From a virus (lineage: Duplodnaviria; Heunggongvirae; Uroviricota; Caudoviricetes): a stretch of 64,000 nt of DNA. Each line of letters starts with the position of its first letter. Positions within the stretch are counted from its first letter, which is position 1. The notes under the pieces were generated by a model that made no database searches, had not been told where the DNA came from, and worked only from the letters and a program-made list of their open reading frames with translations. The position numbers and the translations under genes were made by a program. Location of the stretch: the IMG/VR virus record IMGVR_UViG_3300045988_151230; one strand, 5' to 3'. Shown here in pieces: positions 49,118 through 58,298 of the stretch.

Positions 49118-49930
49118 TCACGGCAGTTTTGCTCTAATTTCGAGTAATTTCTGTGCCGTTATGCTGATTTCATACGCCAGATCTTGTGTTTGGTTAATGA
49201 TTCCGTAATAGCGCTCAACCTGATCAGGATAAAAACGTCTGATATGGGGGATATCGATATAATCATAATACCCAAGCCCTCCAGCAGAATGTTCTCTGAA
49301 CAGCGCCCAAAAGTTGTTCACTTTCCCGACCAACTCCATACGGATTGTTTCTAAAACAACATCATTGAAGCTGTAAAAGGGGTTATGGGCAATATTATCA
49401 AATGCGTAGAGAGGGTCGGTAATGTCGGTGCTAACTTTTGCCCGGAACTGTTCGCTCTTCAGCATTTGGAGGTAGTTGTAATTAAAAATATCAGTAATGG
49501 CTTTTAAAACACCGACGTCTCTTTCTGAGTAATTGTTCTGACTCACCTGGTGCGTCATCTGTAGCAGAAGAGATTGTTGAGTTTCGGCCAGCTGCTTCCA
49601 GTTTTTCAATTGCTCAACGGAATAGATAGTGTAGTCAGAGTCAATGAGTGCGCCATGTGAACGACACATCCATATACCGTTATCAATCGAGCTTCGCTGT
49701 TCTGGGGTTAAGCTAGGATCATATCTCGGTCCACCTGGCGCTGCTGCTGTAATATGTGCCGCAATACCATTATTAATCCTGCTGTTTGTATCACTGCTAT
49801 CTGGACCTACAGTTGTCTGGTTGCAGCCAGGATAAGAGCACTTCCAGCCTACGCGTTCGGCTAGTGTTCGCTTCACCGATGGGGAAAAATCATCTCTGTT
49901 ACTCACATTTAACCTCGCAGTGTTAAACAA
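49118..49930 (-). CDS. HNH-motif nuclease-domain protein with a C-terminal domain of unknown function
   Basis: GWKCSYPGC ... AAHITAAAPGG ... NGIWMCRSH pattern. Confidence 0.5.
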   Translation of the reverse strand: MFNTARLNVSNRDDFSPSVKRTLAERVGWKCSYPGCNQTTVGPDSSDTNSRINNGIAAHITAAAPGGPRYDPSLTPEQRSSIDNGIWMCRSHGALIDSDYTIYSVEQLKNWKQLAETQQSLLLQMTHQVSQNNYSERDVGVLKAITDIFNYNYLQMLKSEQFRAKVSTDITDPLYAFDNIAHNPFYSFNDVVLETIRMELVGKVNNFWALFREHSAGGLGYYDYIDIPHIRRFYPDQVERYYGIINQTQDLAYEISITAQKLLEIRAKLP

Positions 49931-49937
49931 TCTATGG

Positions 49938-50492
49938 CTATTTGCGTTTGTCTTCTTTCAAGCGTGAAACTTTAATCATCTTATCGGTGATAGAAAGCAA
50001 TGTTACACCCTCTTTTTCGTTCACAAAGCCTGCACCGTTAATCACCATTACTAAACGATCCTTCCCTCGATAGACTTCATAATACTTGCCTGCACCACAG
50101 GTCTTTGTCTCAATACAGTCCATACCTGAGATAGCTTCTTGGTCGAAAATTCTGTCTTTCGTTGCTACCGGTTTTCCGTACTCCCTTGTCATCATTTCAC
50201 CGATCTGCATGAACGTATACTTACCGACATTTGTCGTTAAAGACGATTCAACCTTTCCATCAATGAGATTTCCATGCGTATGTGGTTCCTGTTCATTCGG
50301 TGCATTTTTATCTTGAAGAGCGAATACCTCAATACTGGGTGTTTGCTCTTGGAACTGGGCTTTATAGTTCTGTGCAAGATCGCTTTTATCTCTACCTATT
50401 AAGGTAATTTTGTCGATCTCCGATTCGTTACATCCCGTCAGAGCGAGCATGATTACCAGAGAGGCAAGAATATTGAGGTTGCGCTTATTCAT
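49938..50492 (-). CDS. lipoprotein
   Basis: Signal peptide MNKRNLNILASLVIMLALTGC with lipobox; start taken at the internal Met. Confidence 0.5.
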   Translation of the reverse strand: MNKRNLNILASLVIMLALTGCNESEIDKITLIGRDKSDLAQNYKAQFQEQTPSIEVFALQDKNAPNEQEPHTHGNLIDGKVESSLTTNVGKYTFMQIGEMMTREYGKPVATKDRIFDQEAISGMDCIETKTCGAGKYYEVYRGKDRLVMVINGAGFVNEKEGVTLLSITDKMIKVSRLKEDKRK

Positions 50493-50796
50493 TGGCTTAT
50501 CTCCATGTTTTTCTGCCACATCCTGTCACCCACATGCAGGCAGTCTAATGCTGCCGTTGCTAAATGAAGACCCAAAAGTGGTAAAACCATACCTGGAAAT
50601 ATTCTGGAGTCAACCCAGTAAAAAAGGGGCCGAAGCCCCTTTGAATTTTGCGCTGAAAAAAGTGTTGCTAGGATGTTAGCAAGCTATGGTTAAGAACGTC
50701 TGCCGTAATTGTCTATCACAGCGTTGAGCGGTCTGGTTTATGTTAGCGGAGTCTTAATCTGGGTGATTAAAAGGCCAAACCGCTCAACGCTGTGTC

Positions 50797-50883
50797 TGGC
50801 GGAGAGTAATGGAATCGAACCATCATCGCTTGCGCAATGGGACGGTTTTCAAGACCGCTTGAGCACCATGCTCCCTACTCTCC
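50797..50883 (-). tRNA. tRNA-Ser (anticodon UGA), class II with long variable arm
   Basis: GGAGAGT/ACTCTCC acceptor stem, anticodon loop CTTGAAA, T-loop TTCGATT, encoded CCA. Confidence 0.8.
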
Positions 50884-51100
50884 AATTGTTGTGGTTACCG
50901 GTACTGATCTCCGGCTTAGCGACCCCGGCTACTGACTGCATTGCAGTGTGTGAACTCGCCTCGTGTGTCGCTGGGGCATTTCTTTCCGCGCATCAGTCTG
51001 CGCATCAACCACAACGAAAAGAGCACTGTATGACGTTTGCACGGACTTACGCTTAAAACAGGGCAGTCTCGGCGGTTTTCAATGCTCTTTCCTGTTGTGT

Positions 51101-51176
51101 TGGTGCCGGTTAACGGACTCGAACCGCTGACATCCTGCTTACAAGGCAGGCGCTCTACCAACTGAGCTAAACCGGC
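51101..51176 (-). tRNA. tRNA-Thr (anticodon UGU)
   Basis: GCCGGTT/AACCGGC acceptor stem, D-arm GCTCAGTTGGTAGAGC, anticodon loop CTTGTAA, encoded CCA. Confidence 0.85.
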
Positions 51177-51180
51177 AATT

Positions 51181-51267
51181 TGGTGGGGAGTGATGGAGTC
51201 GAACCACCCGAGTCGCAATGACAGTAGATTTACAGTCTACACCGCTACCTCTACGGACTAACTCCCC
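51181..51267 (-). tRNA. tRNA-Tyr (anticodon GUA), class II
   Basis: GGGGAGT/ACTCCCC acceptor stem, anticodon loop CTGTAAA, long variable arm, T-loop TTCGACT, encoded CCA. Confidence 0.8.
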
Positions 51268-51272
51268 TAAAT

Positions 51273-51347
51273 TGGCGATGGTGGGTGGATTCGAACCACC
51301 GACCAGTTGGTTAACAGCCAACTGCTCTACCGCTGAGCTACACCATC
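51273..51347 (-). tRNA. tRNA-Asn (anticodon GUU)
   Basis: GATGGTG/CACCATC acceptor stem, anticodon loop CTGTTAA, T-arm GGTGGTTCGAATCCACC, encoded CCA. Confidence 0.85.
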
Positions 51348-51896
51348 AATTCAGCACTGCCAGTATTTATTACTCAACAGTGCCAATCGCGACGGTTTAG
51401 TTTCTGCCAGGAAACGCACCGCTACTTGCACTTTTCGTTAGTGCCAGACGCTTTCGACTTCGCTCAATAGTAGAAGGCAAAATCTTTAAGTAGATGATGT
51501 TTCTGAGGACAGCACCTACTTTGTAATTTATACAATGTGATGTATGGAATCATTTGTTGTGAAAACAGGCACCAATGGCAACAGTGGTTAAACCTACACA
51601 ACAATCCCGTCTTCACAACGTTGAGGCCACTACTCCGATTGAATGTTTGCCCAACATGTTACATATCAACGCTCGCCGGTATCTCTGTGAATAGAACCTT
51701 AGAATTGATAAAAATGTAATGGCCTCAACGCTGTGTGCTGGCTAACCATACCAGCCGGGCTACGTCGCCGCTTTTTAACCCAGTATAAACGACATAATTG
51801 AACAAAATGACGTAACAGGATGGGCGGTCAGTGGCTAAGAATCCGGGAGTCATATGGAGTTGAAAATATACCAACCGCCCATTCTGTTACTTCATC

Positions 51897-51920
51897 GGAG
51901 GGAACATGAATGTTCCCTCC
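51897..51920. repeat. 24-bp perfect palindrome GGAGGGAACAT-ga-ATGTTCCCTCC
   Basis: 11-bp arms with a 2-nt centre, in the ORF-free region beside the tRNA cluster. Confidence 0.45.
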
Positions 51921-52125
51921 TGCGTTCTGCAATCACACTCGCTCAGTGTGTCCCATTTCGGTAACGAGGCTGGAAACTGACCTCGCTGGTGTTTGGCTTA
52001 TTAGGCTACTGCCAGATAGACTTCTTCGTTTGCACTTGTATTTAAGTTCAAACAGTCGCGTCTCAACGAAAACAAAGTCATCTTATACACAAAAGATAAG
52101 TAAGTAAATACTTATCAATATGTTT

Positions 52126-52416
52126 TTATTCGGTTGTGACTTTTTTGATCAAGGCCACTCTACGACTAGGTGTTCTTGTAATGGTGGCAGTGAATCGTTT
52201 CGCTTGGATAGTAATGGTTTCGTTCTCCTTAAGTTGCCCGTAGCGAGTTTCCACTAGGGTGCCAAGACGCCACAGACCATCATCGATACGTTTATGACTA
52301 GCAAATTTAATCAGCAACAGTTTTACGACTAACTGACCTACGTAAAAGGCGAATGCGACTCCGGCCGCTAAGAAATAGGTGGCCAACCACCATTCCCAAG
52401 AAGTTAAATTGCTCAT
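52126..52416 (-). CDS. small membrane protein
   Basis: 96-aa ORF with N-terminal TM segment WWLATYFLAAGVAFAFYVGQLVV. Confidence 0.45.
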   Translation of the reverse strand: MSNLTSWEWWLATYFLAAGVAFAFYVGQLVVKLLLIKFASHKRIDDGLWRLGTLVETRYGQLKENETITIQAKRFTATITRTPSRRVALIKKVTTE

Positions 52417-52561
52417 TTTTTCACCTTTGTTTCATGAACTACCCGATACACACGCTTTCCGATGCACAGTGTTTTGGTTTTAAGTTCCTGCTTAATTAAA
52501 TCACGACAGATGCCGAAGCCGATAAGGAAGCCACCCATAAAAGCTAATGAGATGTATGGAA

Positions 52562-52777
52562 TCATTTTAACACTCCTGATTCTACTAATTGCTGTAGCAA
52601 TACTTTCCCTTTATCAGTTAACTGGTAGTTGGCCGAACACCACGTTTCAGAAACGTTTGCAACCAACCCTAAACGCTCTAACTTAGCTCGCGTTTTAGGC
52701 TTCCAGTACTCAGGGAACTCCGGCCACTTACTGATTTCATGAAGCGTTTCCTTCTCCCGTTTACTTAATACGATCAT
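52562..52777 (-). CDS. hypothetical small protein
   Basis: 71-aa ORF; flanked by further sub-60-aa hydrophobic ORFs at about 52417-52565 and 52777-52935. Confidence 0.4.
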   Translation of the reverse strand: MIVLSKREKETLHEISKWPEFPEYWKPKTRAKLERLGLVANVSETWCSANYQLTDKGKVLLQQLVESGVLK

Positions 52778-52936
52778 CCTTAATCTCCTTCAGGGTGTTG
52801 GTTATTTCTACAATGCGATAAATACGACCGCGTCTTTCTATAACACCGCTTTTAATGTAGTCATTGATGCAACTGGACATCACCACAATACCTATGAAAA
52901 AACCAACTGCTAAAAATGCAATCATCCAGCCGAGCA

Positions 52937-54259
52937 TCATTCTTTATCTCCGATTCGATCTTCTGTATCGCGTAAGCAACGCGGCCATTTCAGTCGTGGG
53001 TGGCGTAAGCTGCCGTCCGGTGTTTTCTCGTGACAATGAACCTCGACAATACGACCACGGTACTTCTCTTTGTTGTTCCAGATCTCATCCAGATATTTAT
53101 GCTTAATGCCGCTCGCACGAACGATGACGCCGTTTTCAAGACGAATAACAATTTTTCCAAGTGTGTTGGCAAAACCAGAGTCCGGGTCGCCCGGCTCAAA
53201 GTCGATAATTTCACCATCTTCTGAATCTTCGTCTTTTAACTTCCACCAGCTGCGGGTACGTTTAAACTCGTAAACAGAGTTCGGATCTTTGCCCATCTCC
53301 CCTTCTTCGTTATCGTCCAGGCGTTTCATGAAGCGTTCGATGAAGTCTTCGTGGCTATGGATGATATAGAACGGATGCAGGTGAATGTCTTGTGTGTAGC
53401 CTTCACTGCGATCGTTTTTGAACAACGCCACCAGCATAGCCAGGCGCTCTTTCAGCTTCATACCTGTCTTTGCATACTCTTTGGATTTAGCCTGTGCTCG
53501 CCATTCCGGTAGGAAGAAGTCGAAAACATGATAAATAGCGCCAATTGCCTGCACGTTCTTTTTGCGCAATGCAGATACGGACTGGTTAAATGAACCGGCA
53601 GTTCCTTCACCATCGAAGAAGATGTGTTTGTGGCCTGAAAGTTTGCCTAATTCGAGCATTGCTGGCTTTAGGTGATCGAGAGACGTGATTGGATTACCAG
53701 TACGAGAAAGGAAGTTAACCTCTTCCTCGTCAACAATAACCTCGCAAATTACTCGCAAACCATCGAGCTTAAGACTGCCAATCATCGGCCATTTTGCTTT
53801 AGGATTTGGCTTGAAGGGGTATTTGTCGCCTTTTTCTTTATACGGTGACGCCAGCTGCACCTCGAATTTCGGAATGGGATTTTCAAAAACCTTGTTGCAT
53901 AGGCTAATCCCAACACCTGCTTTCGGGTCTTTTAAGAGGAAACGACGGAACACGTCCTGCCCATCGGCGCACATTGACGCCACGATAGACTCAACAGCTG
54001 CTATTGCTGCGTTCCCCGTTAGCTCGCGAGAGGCCAGCTTATTCAGTACATCAATGGCTTTTTCGTCACTTGGGATGGACTCACTAAGCGGCTCTGCCAC
54101 TTTGTATTTCTTTACCCCAAAACGGATGAAAGGGTTGAGCATCAATGAAACCATGCTTTGCTCGAAGTCATCCATGTTGGCCAATGCCTCTTTTTTTGCA
54201 TTGGTTCCCATAGCTTTCATTTCGTCCAGCTTATGCTTAAGTGCGATCAACTTTTTCAT
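52937..54259 (-). CDS. ATP-dependent DNA ligase
   Basis: Adenylation motif I GSLKLDGLRV (KxDG); 440 aa. Confidence 0.75.
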   Translation of the reverse strand: MKKLIALKHKLDEMKAMGTNAKKEALANMDDFEQSMVSLMLNPFIRFGVKKYKVAEPLSESIPSDEKAIDVLNKLASRELTGNAAIAAVESIVASMCADGQDVFRRFLLKDPKAGVGISLCNKVFENPIPKFEVQLASPYKEKGDKYPFKPNPKAKWPMIGSLKLDGLRVICEVIVDEEEVNFLSRTGNPITSLDHLKPAMLELGKLSGHKHIFFDGEGTAGSFNQSVSALRKKNVQAIGAIYHVFDFFLPEWRAQAKSKEYAKTGMKLKERLAMLVALFKNDRSEGYTQDIHLHPFYIIHSHEDFIERFMKRLDDNEEGEMGKDPNSVYEFKRTRSWWKLKDEDSEDGEIIDFEPGDPDSGFANTLGKIVIRLENGVIVRASGIKHKYLDEIWNNKEKYRGRIVEVHCHEKTPDGSLRHPRLKWPRCLRDTEDRIGDKE

Positions 54260-54738
54260 TGTTGTTTTACCTCCATATGTTGATCGATTTGCTCATGTGT
54301 TTCTTTTGTTGTTTCTTCAAGCAACGCCGCATACACGTCAGTGATCGCTGTTTGTGATGTGGTGCTCTTCTTAACCATGCTATTAATCGTTACACTGTCA
54401 CGTTTTCGTTTTAAAGTTCTGGCTTGTTTATTCCGTTCTTCAACCTCCTTAATGAGCACGGTCATATCTTCGAAATACAGAGATTCTCCTTTACGAATCT
54501 CTTCAACCATCATTTTTAACGCCTTGCATTTGCCTGCTTTGATAGCGGTTGCGCACGACTGGAATGAAGTTCGAGGAAGACGGTTTTCTTTGAAGGCAAG
54601 AATGGTGTGCTGGCAAACGGAGTAGCTGCAATATGCCGACTCACCGTTTATCTTTACTTCCTCACAACGAAGTGAATAACCATTATTTCCTGAAATAGAG
54701 GGGATTTTTGACAAATCAGCTTTCACAACTACCGCCAT
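54256..54738 (-). CDS. hypothetical Cys-rich protein
   Basis: 160-aa ORF coupled to the ligase gene. Confidence 0.45.
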   Translation of the reverse strand: MAVVVKADLSKIPSISGNNGYSLRCEEVKINGESAYCSYSVCQHTILAFKENRLPRTSFQSCATAIKAGKCKALKMMVEEIRKGESLYFEDMTVLIKEVEERNKQARTLKRKRDSVTINSMVKKSTTSQTAITDVYAALLEETTKETHEQIDQHMEVKQQ

Positions 54739-54793
54739 AAATAATCTTGTACTTACCTATCGTTATTTGCGTAAAAAACGACGCGCGGAGAGA

Positions 54794-55576
54794 TTACCAA
54801 CTTCCCCAGCTAATCATCTTGCGCTGATTGCTTTCTAAGCGATAGGGGGCAAGAAGCTCTGTGACATGATTGGTGGCGTATGATTTAGCCTCTTGCTCTA
54901 TCATCGGTAATTCGTTAGCAATCCTGACCATCTTCCCAGCAAACTCCGCCATTACGCCATCACATGCCTTCCCAGCATCAATAACGATATGCACCAGATC
55001 CAACTGGCTTTTGCACATGTCGCAAAGAGACGCATACTCACTCTCTCTGATTACATTTACGGCATCATTAGCCCCTTTATTAAGCAAGACTTCCAACAGG
55101 TTTGTCGGGGTAACGAAATCGGCTTTAAGTGACAATGTTCTCTCACCTTTTATCGACCGTAAGTACTCTTCGTAGTTTTGCTTGTCTTCCAGCAAAAATA
55201 AGCTATGCATAGTTAGAAGTGATTCTTGAATAGCCTCTTCAATAATACTGTCATTTGACGCACAAAAAACGGTATTTGTGTAGATCACTTTGCCATCCAT
55301 CCATGCCCCAACCTGCACTTTAAGACTGATCGGGTTTTCTTTGCTAATAAAAACAACTAATGCAGAACGCCGTGCACAAGAAGGTTCACCCCATACGTGT
55401 AACTTAACCTTCAGATAAGGTAGCCCCGGTAGCGGGATCTCGACCAAACGAGTGGCGATATGATCCATTGCTGTTTTTACGGCTTTTTCAATGATGTCTA
55501 GCCGATTGCTCTCGCTGATTTCTAAACCAGTTTTATCAATGATGTCGCAGGCTAATTTCTGAATTTCGTCTTTCAT
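54794..55576 (-). CDS. hypothetical protein
   Basis: 260-aa ORF. Confidence 0.45.
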   Translation of the reverse strand: MKDEIQKLACDIIDKTGLEISESNRLDIIEKAVKTAMDHIATRLVEIPLPGLPYLKVKLHVWGEPSCARRSALVVFISKENPISLKVQVGAWMDGKVIYTNTVFCASNDSIIEEAIQESLLTMHSLFLLEDKQNYEEYLRSIKGERTLSLKADFVTPTNLLEVLLNKGANDAVNVIRESEYASLCDMCKSQLDLVHIVIDAGKACDGVMAEFAGKMVRIANELPMIEQEAKSYATNHVTELLAPYRLESNQRKMISWGSW

Positions 55577-55654
55577 ACCAACTCCTAGCTAACAGATGAA
55601 AGTATTCTCACAGAAAGATAAGTAATCATCTACTTATTTTAAAGGTGATTGTTA

Positions 55655-56833
55655 TCATAGAGCCTTAATGCCCAAAACCTTGCTTTGTAACTCCAACTGC
55701 TTGGTATACGGTTTTGCCCGATAATAGGCTTTGATGATTTGCTCTGGCGTTGCATCGCCCGGGTCGAGTCCTTCCTCGCCCAAACACGCCACTTTGACAT
55801 TAAGACCAATACTGGTCAGTCGCCTGGCTGCGGCCATCGTGTTGCGTATAGCTTGCTTTTCACTATCCCACATCATGATCACATTACGTAATCCACGCGC
55901 CTTGAGCGTCAGGAACGCGCCTAACTGATCTTCTGCATCCTGAGTGGTGTTACCAGATAGATGCATCCCGAACGTTCCTATTGGTTCCACGTAATCACGT
56001 AATGTTTCTTCGTCAAAAATAGCTCGTTTAACCCCCATAACATCGAACGCCCCCTCACAGACAACTACAGTCTGTTTGCCGACTGCATTATGGCCGTTGT
56101 AGAGAAACTTACCTGAAGCTGGAAGTTGCATTGGAAAGAGGTAGCGGCGTTCTGCTGTACCGGTAATGTCTCGTCCCTGAAATGTCTTCATTACCCCATC
56201 CAGATCGTAAACCGGTATCAGTATTCGCATATCGAATATCTGTCCTTTAACCTGATCTGTATACGGATCTACATAGGCGTGCTTGCCTTCGACGCAGTAT
56301 CGTAGGTCAAAATACTTTGCCATTTCAGGCGATATGTTTCGTTCAACCAGATAGTCTGGAAGACGGCCATCTATAGGAAGCTCGTAATGACGAGGGAGTG
56401 CAACTGGCTCCTCTAACTCGACTGTGCTTGCAAGCACTAGCTCTTCTTTCTTTGGTGCCCACCCCTGGGAAAGAAGGGCGTTCTGCACATATTCCTCGAA
56501 CTGTCGTCGTGATTTGCCGCTGTAGTGCTTGAGGAAGACCAGCTTATTGAACTGAATCTCTTCGGGATGATCACCAGCGAAGCATTTACCGACGCCACTG
56601 GTCAGATTGAAATATACCTTCCAGTTGGAGCTGCCGCATACCGGACACTCCTTGATATTCACTTCACGACCGCGAGTACTCACGCCTCCACGTCGATAAA
56701 CGATACCTTCAGTATCCAACCATTGTTCAAAATCTAATTCGGTAATTAGCTCTTTCAGCTCGCTCACGATAATTCCACTTTTAACAGGCAATATTGTGAC
56801 CAACCTAAATGTTGATATAACATAAAGGCTCAT
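55655..56833 (-). CDS. DNA primase (zinc-ribbon plus TOPRIM)
   Basis: CPVCGSSNW...C zinc ribbon; TOPRIM VVVCEGAFDVM and MMWDSEKQ; start taken at MSLYVI, which carries the recurring leader. Confidence 0.7.
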   Translation of the reverse strand: MSLYVISTFRLVTILPVKSGIIVSELKELITELDFEQWLDTEGIVYRRGGVSTRGREVNIKECPVCGSSNWKVYFNLTSGVGKCFAGDHPEEIQFNKLVFLKHYSGKSRRQFEEYVQNALLSQGWAPKKEELVLASTVELEEPVALPRHYELPIDGRLPDYLVERNISPEMAKYFDLRYCVEGKHAYVDPYTDQVKGQIFDMRILIPVYDLDGVMKTFQGRDITGTAERRYLFPMQLPASGKFLYNGHNAVGKQTVVVCEGAFDVMGVKRAIFDEETLRDYVEPIGTFGMHLSGNTTQDAEDQLGAFLTLKARGLRNVIMMWDSEKQAIRNTMAAARRLTSIGLNVKVACLGEEGLDPGDATPEQIIKAYYRAKPYTKQLELQSKVLGIKAL

Positions 56834-56914
56834 GTGTTTTTCTTTTGTGGTTTGGCAAAAGAAAAGTTGTTTCACCAATGAATCAAGCGTGGAGGTGTTC
56901 TCCACGCTTATTTT

Positions 56915-58255
56915 TTAGGTAACGTCTAAGATTCGCTCAATGAAGCGCATTTGTTCGAGGTTTTGTTTAACGCGAATGCTGATCCCTCCCTGCTGGTTAC
57001 GTGAACCAGCAAAGTAGAGACGAGCCTCTCCTTTCGCTTCTTCTTCTTCGGTTTTGTTGATCGTTATTACCAGGTCAGCAATACGTACTTTTTCGATGTT
57101 GTCGGCAGCGTGCATCATTGTGGCAACTTCTGACGCGCCACCTTCACGGTTTGTCTGCGATGCCGTGATCCCAGCAACGTTATGCTTGTCATAAAGAGCA
57201 CGTAAATCGGTGTAGATACTACGAATGTTGGCGCGATCATCACGAAGGTCATAACTGGCACGCATCAAATCTGCGTAGTCGACAACAACCATGTCAGGCA
57301 CCATGCCATTGGCTTTCATGCTGTTAAGCATACGGTCCAGATCTGCCGGTGACATACTTCCTGACGGACGCTCAACCACCCACAAACTACCAATCCCCTT
57401 CGTGGCTCCCAACTCTGCCAACTTACGATGAACCTCATCGCGCCGTTCCACCAGCTTGGACATTTCTGTCTCCGACAATCTTGCATCAAAACGGTCGGAT
57501 AAAATGGTGGTGTGAACCTCCAGCGAGAGATACAGAACATTGTAGCCAGCAAGCGTTGCGTTTATGGAAAACTCACCCATTGCGGTCGATTTACCGGATT
57601 TAGCGAACCCCATGAAGAGCACCATTTCGCGCTTTGCCCAGCCTTTTTGGTACAGCAACCTATCGAGAAGAGGGAGTCCAGTTGTAATACTGTTTGGTAC
57701 ATACTCCTCTGAAGCCTCATATTCACGCGCTTTCAATCGCTCACTTGCGGAGGTGTAGTAGTCATAGATTCCGGTCGCTTCGTTCGATCCAATCTGCTGA
57801 ACCTTGGCCATGATTGCCATCGCCCCCTGAAAGTCGCCTTTCTCTTTCAGTTCAGCAGCCTTAATCAGAGCATCATCAAACGCTACACTTTTTGCGAAGG
57901 TTGATACCTGGTCAACCATGTACGAGGTATCGGACAATTTTTCTGCAAGAATGCGCTTAAACGCAGCAACAACATCGGCGAATAGTTCCTCACGGATAGT
58001 CTTATCGCGTTTCGCACGCTTAAGCATATCCAGAATTGCAGATGAAGAGGGCGCGCTCTTGTACATACGATAATAGCCCGAAACCATATTAACCAATATG
58101 GCATTGGCCGCATTGGCAAACTGGCTAGGCACAACCAGATCTCCCGCACGAGTAAGAAACTCGTGATCACGACAAAAATATGCCGTCAGTCTGTTCTGGA
58201 AATCTTCATCAAACTCTTCGGACAGCCCGCGTCCTGTATGGCAAAGTTCGGTCAT
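56915..58255 (-). CDS. DnaB-like replicative DNA helicase
   Basis: Walker A GFAKSGKST, Walker B VVVDYADL, RecA-fold C-terminal domain; 446 aa. Confidence 0.8.
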   Translation of the reverse strand: MTELCHTGRGLSEEFDEDFQNRLTAYFCRDHEFLTRAGDLVVPSQFANAANAILVNMVSGYYRMYKSAPSSSAILDMLKRAKRDKTIREELFADVVAAFKRILAEKLSDTSYMVDQVSTFAKSVAFDDALIKAAELKEKGDFQGAMAIMAKVQQIGSNEATGIYDYYTSASERLKAREYEASEEYVPNSITTGLPLLDRLLYQKGWAKREMVLFMGFAKSGKSTAMGEFSINATLAGYNVLYLSLEVHTTILSDRFDARLSETEMSKLVERRDEVHRKLAELGATKGIGSLWVVERPSGSMSPADLDRMLNSMKANGMVPDMVVVDYADLMRASYDLRDDRANIRSIYTDLRALYDKHNVAGITASQTNREGGASEVATMMHAADNIEKVRIADLVITINKTEEEEAKGEARLYFAGSRNQQGGISIRVKQNLEQMRFIERILDVT

Positions 58256-58272
58256 GTGCTTTCCTTTGTTTT

Positions 58273-58291
58273 TTAAACAAATTGTTTTCTA
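58273..58291. promoter_or_regulatory. recurring near-palindromic motif TTAAACAAATTGTTTTCTA
   Basis: 18 bp upstream of the helicase start. Confidence 0.45.
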
Positions 58292-58298
58292 GTATTAG

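Noticed and set aside
50884-50960. Possible fifth tRNA or tRNA fragment
   Set aside because: No canonical T-loop (GTTCRANYC) or consistent cloverleaf could be drawn; treated as spacer.
50709-51056. Plus-strand 115-aa ORF and minus-strand ORF 50916-51218
   Set aside because: Both overlap the tRNA genes and the tRNA-flanking hairpin; no RBS and no coding-like composition.
52462-52686. Plus-strand hydrophobic ORF (MYGIILTLLILLIAVAILSLYQ...) as a possible type I toxin
   Set aside because: It is antisense to two minus-strand ORFs that fit the surrounding gene array, and its start lies inside a recurring 13-mer, so the ATG may be incidental.
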